Of a stretch of DNA of 25,488 bases, positions 10,113 to 19,187 are shown piece by piece. Origin of the DNA: an uncultured archaeon (lineage in GTDB: Archaea; Asgardarchaeota; Lokiarchaeia; Sigyniarchaeales; SOKP01); contig CAZGJX010000060.1 of assembly GCA_964525635.1 (NCBI GenBank), forward strand, positions 1-25,488, read 5' to 3'. The notes under the pieces were generated by a model. It saw only the letters and a program-made list of their open reading frames with translations. It did no database searches and had not been told where the DNA came from. Both the position numbers and the translations under genes were made by a program. How positions within the stretch are numbered: the stretch's first letter is position 1; each line of letters begins with the position of its first letter.

Positions 10113-10946
10113 TTATTTAATTATAGAAATTTCTTTTTCTTCCTTCTTTAAAAAACCTTCCTTTTCAAGTTGGTTAATTATATTTATTAATTTATTCTTA
10201 GGGATATTAAGCTCTTTAATAAGTTCTTCTTGTGTTATGGATTTTTTTTCCAATAATAATTTAATAAGTAGTCCCCTTAATTGTCTATTAGATCCTTTAA
10301 AAGAAGATTGTTTTTTATAATGTTTGGATTTTTTATGGAGTTCAGGATGGTTTTTTTTTAGCATTACACCATAATCCATAAGAGCATAATACCATTTTCG
10401 AGGATTATGTAAATCTATTGTTTTTTTTAGGATTTTTAAAATATCTCTATCATCTATATTATCTTTTCCGAAGAAAAAGAAATAAATATATACTCTTCGA
10501 ATATTCGTCTCAATAAAATATGATGGCTTATTAAATGCGAAGGTAATGATTGATGATGCTGTATTAAGTCCTATTTGAGGAAAAGTCTTTAATATATCCA
10601 CAGTCTCAGGTAAAACTCCTTGAAAATCATTTACGATCCTTTTCGCGATTTCTTTTAAAGCTAATGCTCTTCTGTTATATCCTAAACCTTGCCATTTCTT
10701 TAAAACATCATTAATAGATGCATTTGCTAAAGATTGAAAGTCAGGAAATGCTTTGATAAAATCCAAAAATCTCTTAGATACTCTACTTGTTTGGGTCTGC
10801 TGAAGCATAATTTCAGAAATTAATACATAATAGGGAGAGATTTTCATTCTAAATGGAAATTTACGTCCATATTGTTTATAATAATCATAAATTATCTTTT
10901 GAAATTCACTTATTACAATCTCATTCAATCCATTGGTTTTAAACAA
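10113..10946 (-). CDS. mutY: A/G-specific adenine glycosylase, MutY-like HhH-GPD protein lacking the Fe-S motif, with C-terminal wHTH-like segment
   Basis: SEIMLQQTQ, WQGLGYNRRA, HhH FPQIGLNTAS, ETNIRRV, ALMDYG. Confidence 0.85.
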   Translation of the reverse strand: MFKTNGLNEIVISEFQKIIYDYYKQYGRKFPFRMKISPYYVLISEIMLQQTQTSRVSKRFLDFIKAFPDFQSLANASINDVLKKWQGLGYNRRALALKEIAKRIVNDFQGVLPETVDILKTFPQIGLNTASSIITFAFNKPSYFIETNIRRVYIYFFFFGKDNIDDRDILKILKKTIDLHNPRKWYYALMDYGVMLKKNHPELHKKSKHYKKQSSFKGSNRQLRGLLIKLLLEKKSITQEELIKELNIPKNKLINIINQLEKEGFLKKEEKEISIIK

Positions 10947-11151
10947 ATTATGAAATTGTAATATTAAAATTTTAAATAACCATCTCTATAATTCTGAGAT
11001 ACAAAAAGGATTAATCAATAAGAAATTAATTAAGATAAATCAAAAGTTTTAGATTTAAATAATAAGATTTAAAATTTTAAAACTAATTATTAACCTAAGA
11101 GATCTTTTAATTAAATAATAATTTAAATAAAAAAAAAACATAAAATGTGAT

Positions 11152-12879
11152 GTGAATTTAATGGGGCTGAAAATTGCTTCCACTTTAGCTATAGTAACAC
11201 TTATTGGAATTTTTTTCTCATTTACCTTCTTTATTGGTATATGGTTTATGAGTGGTACTATATGGGGTCTATTTTTAATGATAATAATTGATCTTGTTAT
11301 CTTATTAGTTCAATATGCAATTTCACCATATATCATTCAATGGATTTATAATATTGAATGGATATCATATGAAGAATATCAAACAAGATTTCCTTATTTA
11401 GCTGAAATAGTCAATAAAGTTGTTTCTTATAATCATATAAAAATGCCAAAACTTGGTATAATTCATGATGGTAATCCTAATGCGTTTACTTTTGGCCATA
11501 CAAAAAATAGTGCACGTATTGTAATCACAACAGGAATATTAGAATATTTAAATAAAAAAGAACAACAAGGTGTTTTGGCTCATGAATTAGGTCATGTTGT
11601 CCATTCTGATTTTATTTTAATGACACTTATATTAGCAATACCATTAGTTTTTTTAAGTGTAGCACGATGGGCTTATTATAGTGTCCTATTCTCAAGAAGT
11701 AGTGGTGATAGGGATGATGCTGCACAACGTACTATTATATTTATTGCGATTCTTGTTTTATCATATATAGCTTATTATATTGGATATATAACATCTCTAT
11801 TTATAAGTAGGGTTAGGGAATATTATGCTGATCAACATGCTGCTGAAGTTTTAGAAAATCCTAATGCACTTTCAACAGGATTAGTTAAAATTGCTTATGG
11901 ATTGGTAGCTGATCAAGGAATTACTATAAAACAAAGAAATCGTTCAAAAACAAGGGCTCTTAGAGGATTAGGTATTTTCGATCCTAATACGGCTCGTTAT
12001 TTTGCCTCTGAAGGATTAAGTCCTACAGGCAGTTATTCAAATGAAACAATTGCTGCTGCTGCTGCTTGGGATTTATTTAATCCATGGGCAAGGTATTACC
12101 AGATACGTAGTACTCATCCACTACCAGCAAAGAGAATAAAACGACTAAATCAACAATGTCCAAAATATGGAATCGAACCAGAAATTGACTTATCTAAAGC
12201 TAGAGAAATAAAAAAGGCTCAAGCAGGAAAATCAATGATGGGAGAATTTCTTACAGATGTATTCTTTAAACTTTTACCATTCATCGTTTTTATTATGTTC
12301 TTAACTTTTACGGTCTTTTGGTTAATTAACTCTTTTGCTGTACTTACTCTTCCATTCTTTGGAGCAATCTCTCTCAATCAACTTCTCTTATTATGGGGAA
12401 TTGGATTTTATATTATAGGATTTGGATTTATCGCAAAAACCAAATTTAAATATTCAGGGGGATTTGAACCAAAAACAGTATTAGAATTAGTGACTAATGT
12501 AAAGGTATCACCAATTCGATCTATCCCTGCAATTATTGAAGGAAAAATCATAGGAAAAGGCGTACCAGGATATTATCTTAGCGACGATTTATATTTTCAA
12601 GATAAAACAGGACTATTATATGTAGATTATCGTTTTGGGATAAGTATTGTAGATTTCTTTTGGGCTATTGCTAGAGCTGGAAGATTAGTTGGACAACGTG
12701 TTAAGATAAAAGGTTGGTACAGAAGAGGACCTAATCCTTATATACAAGTTGATACTATAGAAACATCATCGGGAAGAAGATTCAGAAATTATACAAAACA
12801 TTTCACTTATATCTACCCGGTAATTTGCTTTATAATAGGAATAGTGTTTTTCTATTTCTGGCTTACCTTAAAAATATAA
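11152..12879 (+). CDS. htpX: M48 family zinc metalloprotease (HtpX-like) with C-terminal extension
   Basis: PNAF, AHELGH (HExxH), SRVREYYAD, STHP; extra TMs and an OB-fold-like C-terminal region. Confidence 0.88.
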   Translation: MNLMGLKIASTLAIVTLIGIFFSFTFFIGIWFMSGTIWGLFLMIIIDLVILLVQYAISPYIIQWIYNIEWISYEEYQTRFPYLAEIVNKVVSYNHIKMPKLGIIHDGNPNAFTFGHTKNSARIVITTGILEYLNKKEQQGVLAHELGHVVHSDFILMTLILAIPLVFLSVARWAYYSVLFSRSSGDRDDAAQRTIIFIAILVLSYIAYYIGYITSLFISRVREYYADQHAAEVLENPNALSTGLVKIAYGLVADQGITIKQRNRSKTRALRGLGIFDPNTARYFASEGLSPTGSYSNETIAAAAAWDLFNPWARYYQIRSTHPLPAKRIKRLNQQCPKYGIEPEIDLSKAREIKKAQAGKSMMGEFLTDVFFKLLPFIVFIMFLTFTVFWLINSFAVLTLPFFGAISLNQLLLLWGIGFYIIGFGFIAKTKFKYSGGFEPKTVLELVTNVKVSPIRSIPAIIEGKIIGKGVPGYYLSDDLYFQDKTGLLYVDYRFGISIVDFFWAIARAGRLVGQRVKIKGWYRRGPNPYIQVDTIETSSGRRFRNYTKHFTYIYPVICFIIGIVFFYFWLTLKI

Positions 12880-13066
12880 ATTTTTTTTATTCTATTTTTT
12901 CTTTTTATTAATCTTGATAATTGCAGTATTTAATCAAATTCCTGATAAATAACTAGCTCACCTTAACTCTCTTTAATTTTATTTTTTTAAGAGATATAAT
13001 GAAAATTGAAATATACTGTGTATATATTGTATTATAGTTAGATACTATCAATTAATAAATTCATCA

Positions 13067-13399
13067 GTGAATAACATGAGTAAAAAATTTGGAATAATTG
13101 CGTTGATTATCAGTATATTTGGTATACTTAATTGTGTGGTTGCGGGAATTATAAGTGCAAACATGGAACCTTTTAATCAAGAGGGATTTCCTGATCTCTC
13201 AATACCTTTTGTAATAATTGGTTTTTTAATAGCTATCATTGCAATCATTTTTGGGATAATAGGTATTATAAAAGACGATTCAGCTGGATTTGCGATAGTG
13301 GGAGTTGTTATTGGAGTCGCTACTATAATTATAGAGATTCTTATGATTCTTTTTCTTCCCGCTATAAATACCTTTTTATATAGATTAATACCAAATTAA
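13067..13399 (+). CDS. Small 3-TM membrane protein (DUF4190-like)
   Basis: Three hydrophobic helices, IAIIFGIIG…AIVGVVIG pattern; start may be ATG at 13076. Confidence 0.7.
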   Translation: MNNMSKKFGIIALIISIFGILNCVVAGIISANMEPFNQEGFPDLSIPFVIIGFLIAIIAIIFGIIGIIKDDSAGFAIVGVVIGVATIIIEILMILFLPAINTFLYRLIPN

Positions 13400-13474
13400 A
13401 TATCTTTTATAATTTTTAAAGCTATTTTGGTATAAAGAATAAATGCACTTTATATTTAAAACAAATAAATACAA

Positions 13475-13494
13475 ATATAAGCAATTACTTATAT
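13475..13494. promoter_or_regulatory. Palindromic operator upstream of the ArsR gene
   Basis: ATATAAG-CAATTA-CTTATAT, 23 nt before the ArsR start; identical copy at 13950-13969. Confidence 0.75.
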
Positions 13495-13517
13495 AATTAA
13501 AACTTCTTCAAATACAA

Positions 13518-13871
13518 ATGAATGAATCTCTCGAAGATTTATCTGAATTATTTAAAGCTCTCGGCGATCCTACAAGATTGAAACTAATCAGTCTACTAAT
13601 GTTCAACAATGAAGATAAATTAAAAGTTATTGATTTGGCAGATAAAATTGGAATTTCGCAACCTGCAATAACACAACATATTAATATTTTAAAAGAATTA
13701 GACCTTGTCAAATCTAAAAGAGAGCAAAATAACAAATATTATTTTATCAATACTAAAGTATTTGAATCTTATAGGAATTTTCTAAGTAAAGCCTTAGAAA
13801 TGCCATTTATGCGATGTACATTTAAAGGAAAATGTAGTGAATGTCCTAAAAATCAAGCAAATAAAAAATAA
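13518..13871 (+). CDS. ArsR/SmtB family transcriptional regulator with C-terminal Cys cluster
   Basis: FKALGDPTRLKLI, HTH ISQPAITQHINIL, C-terminal CTFKGKCSEC. Confidence 0.93.
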   Translation: MNESLEDLSELFKALGDPTRLKLISLLMFNNEDKLKVIDLADKIGISQPAITQHINILKELDLVKSKREQNNKYYFINTKVFESYRNFLSKALEMPFMRCTFKGKCSECPKNQANKK

Positions 13872-13949
13872 CCTCTCTCTATTTCATTATTTAATTTCTA
13901 AATTTCTTCACTAAATATATAATTTAATTGATAAATTAGTATAATTTAA

Positions 13950-13985
13950 ATATAAGCAATTACTTATATAAGTAACAACTTATAT
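13950..13985. promoter_or_regulatory. Two overlapping copies of the putative ArsR operator upstream of the methyltransferase
   Basis: ATATAAG-CAATTA-CTTATAT (13950-13969) and ATATAAG-TAACAA-CTTATAT (13966-13985); GAGGT SD-like motif before ATG 14026. Confidence 0.75.
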
Positions 13986-14025
13986 AATAAAATAATTATT
14001 CAATAAATTGAGGTTATAATTTATA

Positions 14026-14565
14026 ATGAGTAAATCTGACAAAGCTATGAAAAACATATCTTTTAAAGTAATGTCAATGTTTTTCACTATAAGAGATAAA
14101 TTCTCAGATCCTATGAATAAGATAAGAAATGCAAAAATATCCTCTGGAGATTATGTTCTTGATTATGGATCAGGACCAGGAACATTTTCGATTGCAGCTG
14201 CAAAAGTAGTTGGAAATAAAGGTAAAGTATATGCTGCTGATATTCAACCATTATCTGGGGAAAAAATAAAAAAAAAGGCATTTAGAGAAGGATTGAGCAA
14301 TATAGAAACTATTATTACAAATTGCTGTACTGACTTGAAAGAGAGTTCTATTGATGTTCTTTTATGTTTTGATATGTTCCATATGGTAAATGATCAACAA
14401 AAACTATTAAAAGAATTTCATAGAGTCCTAAAACCTGATTCTATCTTCTCATTTGATTGTCATCACATGAAAGAGGATAAAATAAAATCTTTAATAGTGG
14501 ATTCTGGATTATTCAAACTTGATGAAAAGATAGATAATATCTATAATTTCACGAAATTAATGTAA
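14026..14565 (+). CDS. Class I SAM-dependent methyltransferase
   Basis: Motif I VLDYGSGPG, motif II VYAADIQ, SIDVLL, EFHRVLKP. Confidence 0.9.
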   Translation: MSKSDKAMKNISFKVMSMFFTIRDKFSDPMNKIRNAKISSGDYVLDYGSGPGTFSIAAAKVVGNKGKVYAADIQPLSGEKIKKKAFREGLSNIETIITNCCTDLKESSIDVLLCFDMFHMVNDQQKLLKEFHRVLKPDSIFSFDCHHMKEDKIKSLIVDSGLFKLDEKIDNIYNFTKLM

Positions 14566-15391
14566 TTCTTATATTTCTTTTCAACCTTTTTACTATTTAT
14601 AAAAATCGAGCAATTCTTAGAAAAATCACTAATTTCTATTCTAGTCATCAATCTTTTTTGTTTAAAAAGACCAGCCCTAAGGTTATCAGGCTCCTCGCTC
14701 ATCACTGAGTTCAAAACATACATCATAAATATGAATATTATTTATATCTCCGAATTTTTAAAGGAAGTTATCCTGCAGTACTTAAATCCACGACACTTCT
14801 AATACCACTCTAAGGAGGGACTATCCTGTTTCAAACAAGGCTTAATATCCTCGACTTGTAAGAATAACCACTTAAAGATGGAAGGAGAACACACCATAGA
14901 AGCACCATTTATTTAAGCACACACACACCTATTTCAATCTAATTGAAGTAGTAAGTTATGTGATCGTGAATTATATTCTATAGGAAGGATATAAGATGAT
15001 TTATAGAATATCGTGTCAATAGAATTCATTATCATTCTGAGATGCCATTCCAATGCTTTCCTTTTTTATGGTTTTATTTTTTTTAATCACTCTCCCCTCT
15101 TTTTCTTATAAATTTTCTATAATAATAAGGAGATAAAACCTATTTAAACCAGAATAGAGAGATGATTTGTTGATTTTTATAAGAAATGACAAGTTTTTAT
15201 AGAATTTCAACGAACTATTAAAACAATATTATATCAAATTATATATTTTTTTTAATCAATTGGTAAAATAATAAAATATATATAGACTTTATAATTAAAA
15301 AAGTAGAGATACAATGGGAAAAAAATGTTAAAATATCATCTCTTGTATTCTAATTCATTTCGATTACAATAATAAGACGGAGGACATTCGG

Positions 15392-16708
15392 ATGGAAAGA
15401 AAAAAGATCGTTATAACAGCTATAATAGCATCAATCTTATTAGGTGCAACAACTATCGTTTTAGTTGTAAATTTTTATCCAAAAGAGGATAAAGAAGAAC
15501 AACTCAAAAAAATCGAAGAGCTAGTCGAAAATGTTTTTCAAGCAGATAATACTCAGGAATTAGGATCATATTTTCATTTTTCATTCAAACTACAAGTGTC
15601 TATGGAGTATCTTTTATATGTTATTGAGCGATTCAAGTTTCATTATGGTGATGTACAAGATGTCCATGCTTTTGACTTGGATAATTCTCTCTACAATTAT
15701 CACGCTGTAATGGAACATGGAAACATCACTGGGACCATAGGTGTAACAATATATAATTTGATCAATACTTTCTTCCTTACTTTTGGGCAGTTCTTTGAAA
15801 GCTATTTGACAAATTCTTCCTTGGAAGATATTGCTGAAGAATTTGTTAATTTCCCAGATGGAGGCGTGAAATCATTATTATTAACTCGAGATGAAACAGT
15901 ATTATTTAATCATACAACCATTGAAAAACAAGCAGTAGCTTCCACCTTTAAGCTCTACGTGCTTAAAACACTACAAGAAAAAATAGCTAGTGACCCCCTA
16001 GTAAATTGGAATACAGAAATACCTATAATAGACAATCTCAAATCACTTCCTTCAGGAATAATGCATACTTGGGATAATGGTACGATGGTTTCATTGGAGA
16101 CATTTGCTGAATACATGATAAAGATTAGCGATAATACTGCCACTGACCATCTGATTCATTTTTTAAATAGAAGTGTCATAGAAAGTTTTCTTCCTTTGAA
16201 TTATTCTGTTCCTTTTTTAAAAACAGCAGATATGTTTAAATTACGCTATTTAGTAAGTAATGAGAATTTGACATTATATTTAGCAATGAATTCCACTGCA
16301 AAAAGAACTTATCTTGATGAAGTGGTTTATGAGATAGATATTAATGAAATATATTCACTGGTAAGTTTAGATCTATGGGAAAATATTGCTCTCGATAAAG
16401 AACTGGAATGGTTTTTCACCGCAGATCAAATTGCTCAAGCAATCAATGCTGTGAAAGATTTAAACGCAACTAGACAAAATCCTGGTGTAGCATTATCTAA
16501 TCAATGGAAAACAGTCGCTTTTAAAGGAGGATCGGACGCAGGAGTCTTCTCTCTTGCTCATGCTGTACAGGCAGAAAATGATACCTGGTATACTGTTGTA
16601 ATGATTGTAAACAATTATGTTGAACCAGAATTGGATATTTATGTCAATTTCGAGATAGATATTCAGATTCTTTGTGCAAAATTACTTATGTTTCTTGCAA
16701 TCCAGTGA
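15392..16708 (+). CDS. Membrane-anchored serine hydrolase, class A beta-lactamase-like (Cpe/LpqF-like)
   Basis: SxxK (ASTFK), SDN (ISDNTATD), KTG-equivalent FKGGS; N-terminal TM; GGAGG SD. Confidence 0.85.
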   Translation: MERKKIVITAIIASILLGATTIVLVVNFYPKEDKEEQLKKIEELVENVFQADNTQELGSYFHFSFKLQVSMEYLLYVIERFKFHYGDVQDVHAFDLDNSLYNYHAVMEHGNITGTIGVTIYNLINTFFLTFGQFFESYLTNSSLEDIAEEFVNFPDGGVKSLLLTRDETVLFNHTTIEKQAVASTFKLYVLKTLQEKIASDPLVNWNTEIPIIDNLKSLPSGIMHTWDNGTMVSLETFAEYMIKISDNTATDHLIHFLNRSVIESFLPLNYSVPFLKTADMFKLRYLVSNENLTLYLAMNSTAKRTYLDEVVYEIDINEIYSLVSLDLWENIALDKELEWFFTADQIAQAINAVKDLNATRQNPGVALSNQWKTVAFKGGSDAGVFSLAHAVQAENDTWYTVVMIVNNYVEPELDIYVNFEIDIQILCAKLLMFLAIQ

Positions 16709-16972
16709 TTTTAGGAATTTATATATTATAAAAGTTAAATTAGAGAATTTCAAATTTCTGTCTATAGATGAACGTCAGGTTGTTTTATTTAAGGATCTTG
16801 ATATTTTTGACCGACGTTCAGAAAGAGACTCCAAAATTGTCTACTCCACAAATTGGAGAAAATTTAGATAGTATTATTTACCTATATTTTTTTATAAAGA
16901 AGTTAACAAAATACAAGAAATAAAGAGTAAAAAAAAACTATATTATTATCCAAAAGAATTTAAGAGTTAAAT

Positions 16973-17441
16973 TTACATCTCATCAAGGATATCTTCGAAG
17001 CCTTCCATGGCTAGCTCAATAATTTCCTGGAATGCCAATCCGCTCTCCTTGGCCAAAAGACCAAAAGAGATTTGCGTCTTGAAGATTACCTTCAACTGTG
17101 ATATCTCCTGCCATATAGGCGCTTGTAGCATCAACTTCTCCAAATAACATTCCAATACCAATTTCTTTAGTAGCTGAAAATGTAAAGGAAGGATTATCTA
17201 CATCACCATCACCATATGAAAGTTTTCCTTCTTGAGCTTTAATCCAATATTTCTTATCAACGTCGGTTAGAATTATTTGCACAGAAATGTCCATATCTTC
17301 AAGTTCTTCTTTCAAATCTTCCATTTCATTGGCAATTTGATTATATAACTCGAAGCATTTTAATGCATCTTCTGGTTCGGCGGATACCGCACCAGCGTCT
17401 AATTTCTCCTTTAGTTCATTTATTAATGCTTCATCTACCAT
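16973..17441 (-). CDS. SCP2 sterol/lipid-binding domain protein interrupted by a 34-nt putative BHB intron (exons 17441-17072 and 17037-16973; 144 aa spliced)
   Basis: SCP2 motif GEVDATSAYMAGDITVEGNLQDA in one frame continues as AFQEIIELAMEGFEDILDEM in another; removing 17038-17071 joins them. Confidence 0.85.
17038..17071 (-). other. Putative bulge-helix-bulge mRNA intron
   Basis: ACGC-[AA^A]-UCUCUUUUGGUC-UUUU-GGCCAAGGAGA-GCGG-[AU^U]; excision gives GAC GCA AUG GCA. Confidence 0.65.
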
Positions 17442-17929
17442 TTTAAAATTCAACCTTTTTAGTAATTTTTCACAAATAAAATGAATTGAGTTAATTGTAT
17501 TTATTATAGTTTAATAATATATAAAAACCTTATAATTATCTCTTTTAAAAGAAATTATCCATACTAACAAAATTAATAAATTTTATTAAATAATAAATTA
17601 AATATATAAAAATGTCAATGATATTTAAAAATACGTAAAATAATTTAATATAAATAGATAAAAAGAGGAAAAAAAATATGGAATTCTTATTTATTATCTA
17701 TTTATTAGATTTGATATCACTAAATCATATTGAAATTTACCATAATTGAGTGTTTAACTAAATTATATATAATGTTCTGTATATGACTCAATAAACTATT
17801 GCTTTTAGAGATTAATTAAAGATATTTTTCTTATATCAAACATTCTCTGTTAATAATTCATAAGATTTTATTTTAATCTAATATTTCACATAATAGAGTT
17901 CTTTTAAAATTAATTAGATAATTATTTTT

Positions 17930-19162
17930 ATGATTAAATCCCAAAAATCAGAAACATGGCAATTTTTGCCAATAATGATTTTAGCTTTTAATTATCCCGT
18001 TAATATCAATATCCTTGGACTAATTATCCCCATATATTTTTTAGAGATAGGAATATCTTCACAATTAAATGCGTTATTAAGTGCTGGAACGACTATTACA
18101 TATATTTTTTCCCCCCTATTACTGAATAAATTATCTGAAAGATTATCAAGAAAAAACAGTATTCTGATAGCTATGGGTGGTACCTTAATTGCTCAAATGA
18201 TTTTTTTTTTTACATTAAATCCAATCCCATTTCTAATTTCTCGATTAATAGAGGGTTTTTTTATAGGATTATATTGGACGAATATTCAATCATGTATATC
18301 AGATAATGTCTATCATAATCATAAAAAATTAATATTTATGTATCAATTTTCATGGAATGCTGGAAGTATTTTTGGTTTTTTATTCGGAGCGATAATCTCT
18401 TTTTTTTTTAAAGATATATTGCTGTTATTTTTAATTTCTCCCATTTTTGTATTTATTAATTTTATCCTTATTATTTTCTTTTTTCAAGAGCCTGAAAAGG
18501 CTAATATAGATTCAATAGATAAAAGTACCTTTAATACAGAACAAATTCCAAAATCAAATGAATTCTTTACTCAAAATTTAGAAAAAAAAAAAATTAATCA
18601 TGAATTTAATGAAATATCATTTCCATTATTATATCCTATCTTGTTGTTAGTCGCTTTTTGCTTGACAAGAGGTGTTATTGGTTTTATATTTCCAATAAAA
18701 TCAGTATTTCTAAATTTTGAATTATCTACTGTTTATATTGCAACACTTTTCTTAGGATTATCTCAGATCATATCAATGACATTTATAAGCTTATTCCAAT
18801 TAAAAACATTAAAAAAAATAACTCAAATTAATATATTTGTTTTAGCGATTTTAATGTTTTTAGTTGGATTAAATACTAATTATTTTATTTTCATTATTTT
18901 ATTTCTTTTTATTGGATTTTGTACGGGAACACTCTATGGGCTTGTTCTAAGATTAATTATTAATTTGAATATGAAAAAAAAGACTTCGAAATATTCATCA
19001 GGTTTTGAAAGTCTTATAGCTTCTAGTTTTTTTATCTCATCTATAGTATCAGGATTCATAATTGATATTGAACTTAACCTTATGTTCTATATATTATCCA
19101 TTCTCTTTTTAATAATTACTTTTATCACGATTATATTAATTAATAAAAGAATTAAATTGTAA
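17930..19162 (+). CDS. MFS transporter
   Basis: About 12 TMs in two halves with a hydrophilic central loop; motif-A-like LNKLSERLSRK; SRLIEG. Confidence 0.85.
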   Translation: MIKSQKSETWQFLPIMILAFNYPVNINILGLIIPIYFLEIGISSQLNALLSAGTTITYIFSPLLLNKLSERLSRKNSILIAMGGTLIAQMIFFFTLNPIPFLISRLIEGFFIGLYWTNIQSCISDNVYHNHKKLIFMYQFSWNAGSIFGFLFGAIISFFFKDILLLFLISPIFVFINFILIIFFFQEPEKANIDSIDKSTFNTEQIPKSNEFFTQNLEKKKINHEFNEISFPLLYPILLLVAFCLTRGVIGFIFPIKSVFLNFELSTVYIATLFLGLSQIISMTFISLFQLKTLKKITQINIFVLAILMFLVGLNTNYFIFIILFLFIGFCTGTLYGLVLRLIINLNMKKKTSKYSSGFESLIASSFFISSIVSGFIIDIELNLMFYILSILFLIITFITIILINKRIKL

Positions 19163-19187
19163 TAGAGAAATAATAATTAGAAAAAAG

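Noticed and set aside
13508-13735. 75-aa minus-strand ORF
   Set aside because: Antisense to the well-supported ArsR gene.
14541-14726. 61-aa minus-strand ORF
   Set aside because: No recognisable family; overlaps the methyltransferase end; treated as part of a possibly decayed region.
15955-16143. 62-aa minus-strand ORF
   Set aside because: Antisense shadow inside the serine hydrolase.
16674-16871. 65-aa ORF, and a possible SECIS-like AUGA…GA hairpin
   Set aside because: ORF has no motif. In the hairpin UGAAC pairs Watson-Crick with GUUCA rather than forming the tandem GA core, and no neighbouring gene has a plausible in-frame UGA (the hydrolase TGA is followed by TTT TAG).
16973-17161. 62-aa ORF as an independent gene, or programmed frameshift in SCP2
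   Set aside because: Only its last ~21 codons look real (SCP2 exon 2). A ribosomal frameshift would leave ~11 extra residues in the fold, so precise 34-nt excision is the more economical explanation.
18201-18593. T11, T10 and A12 homopolymers in the MFS gene as phase-variation tracts
   Set aside because: Frame is intact and long A/T runs are common throughout this AT-rich window.
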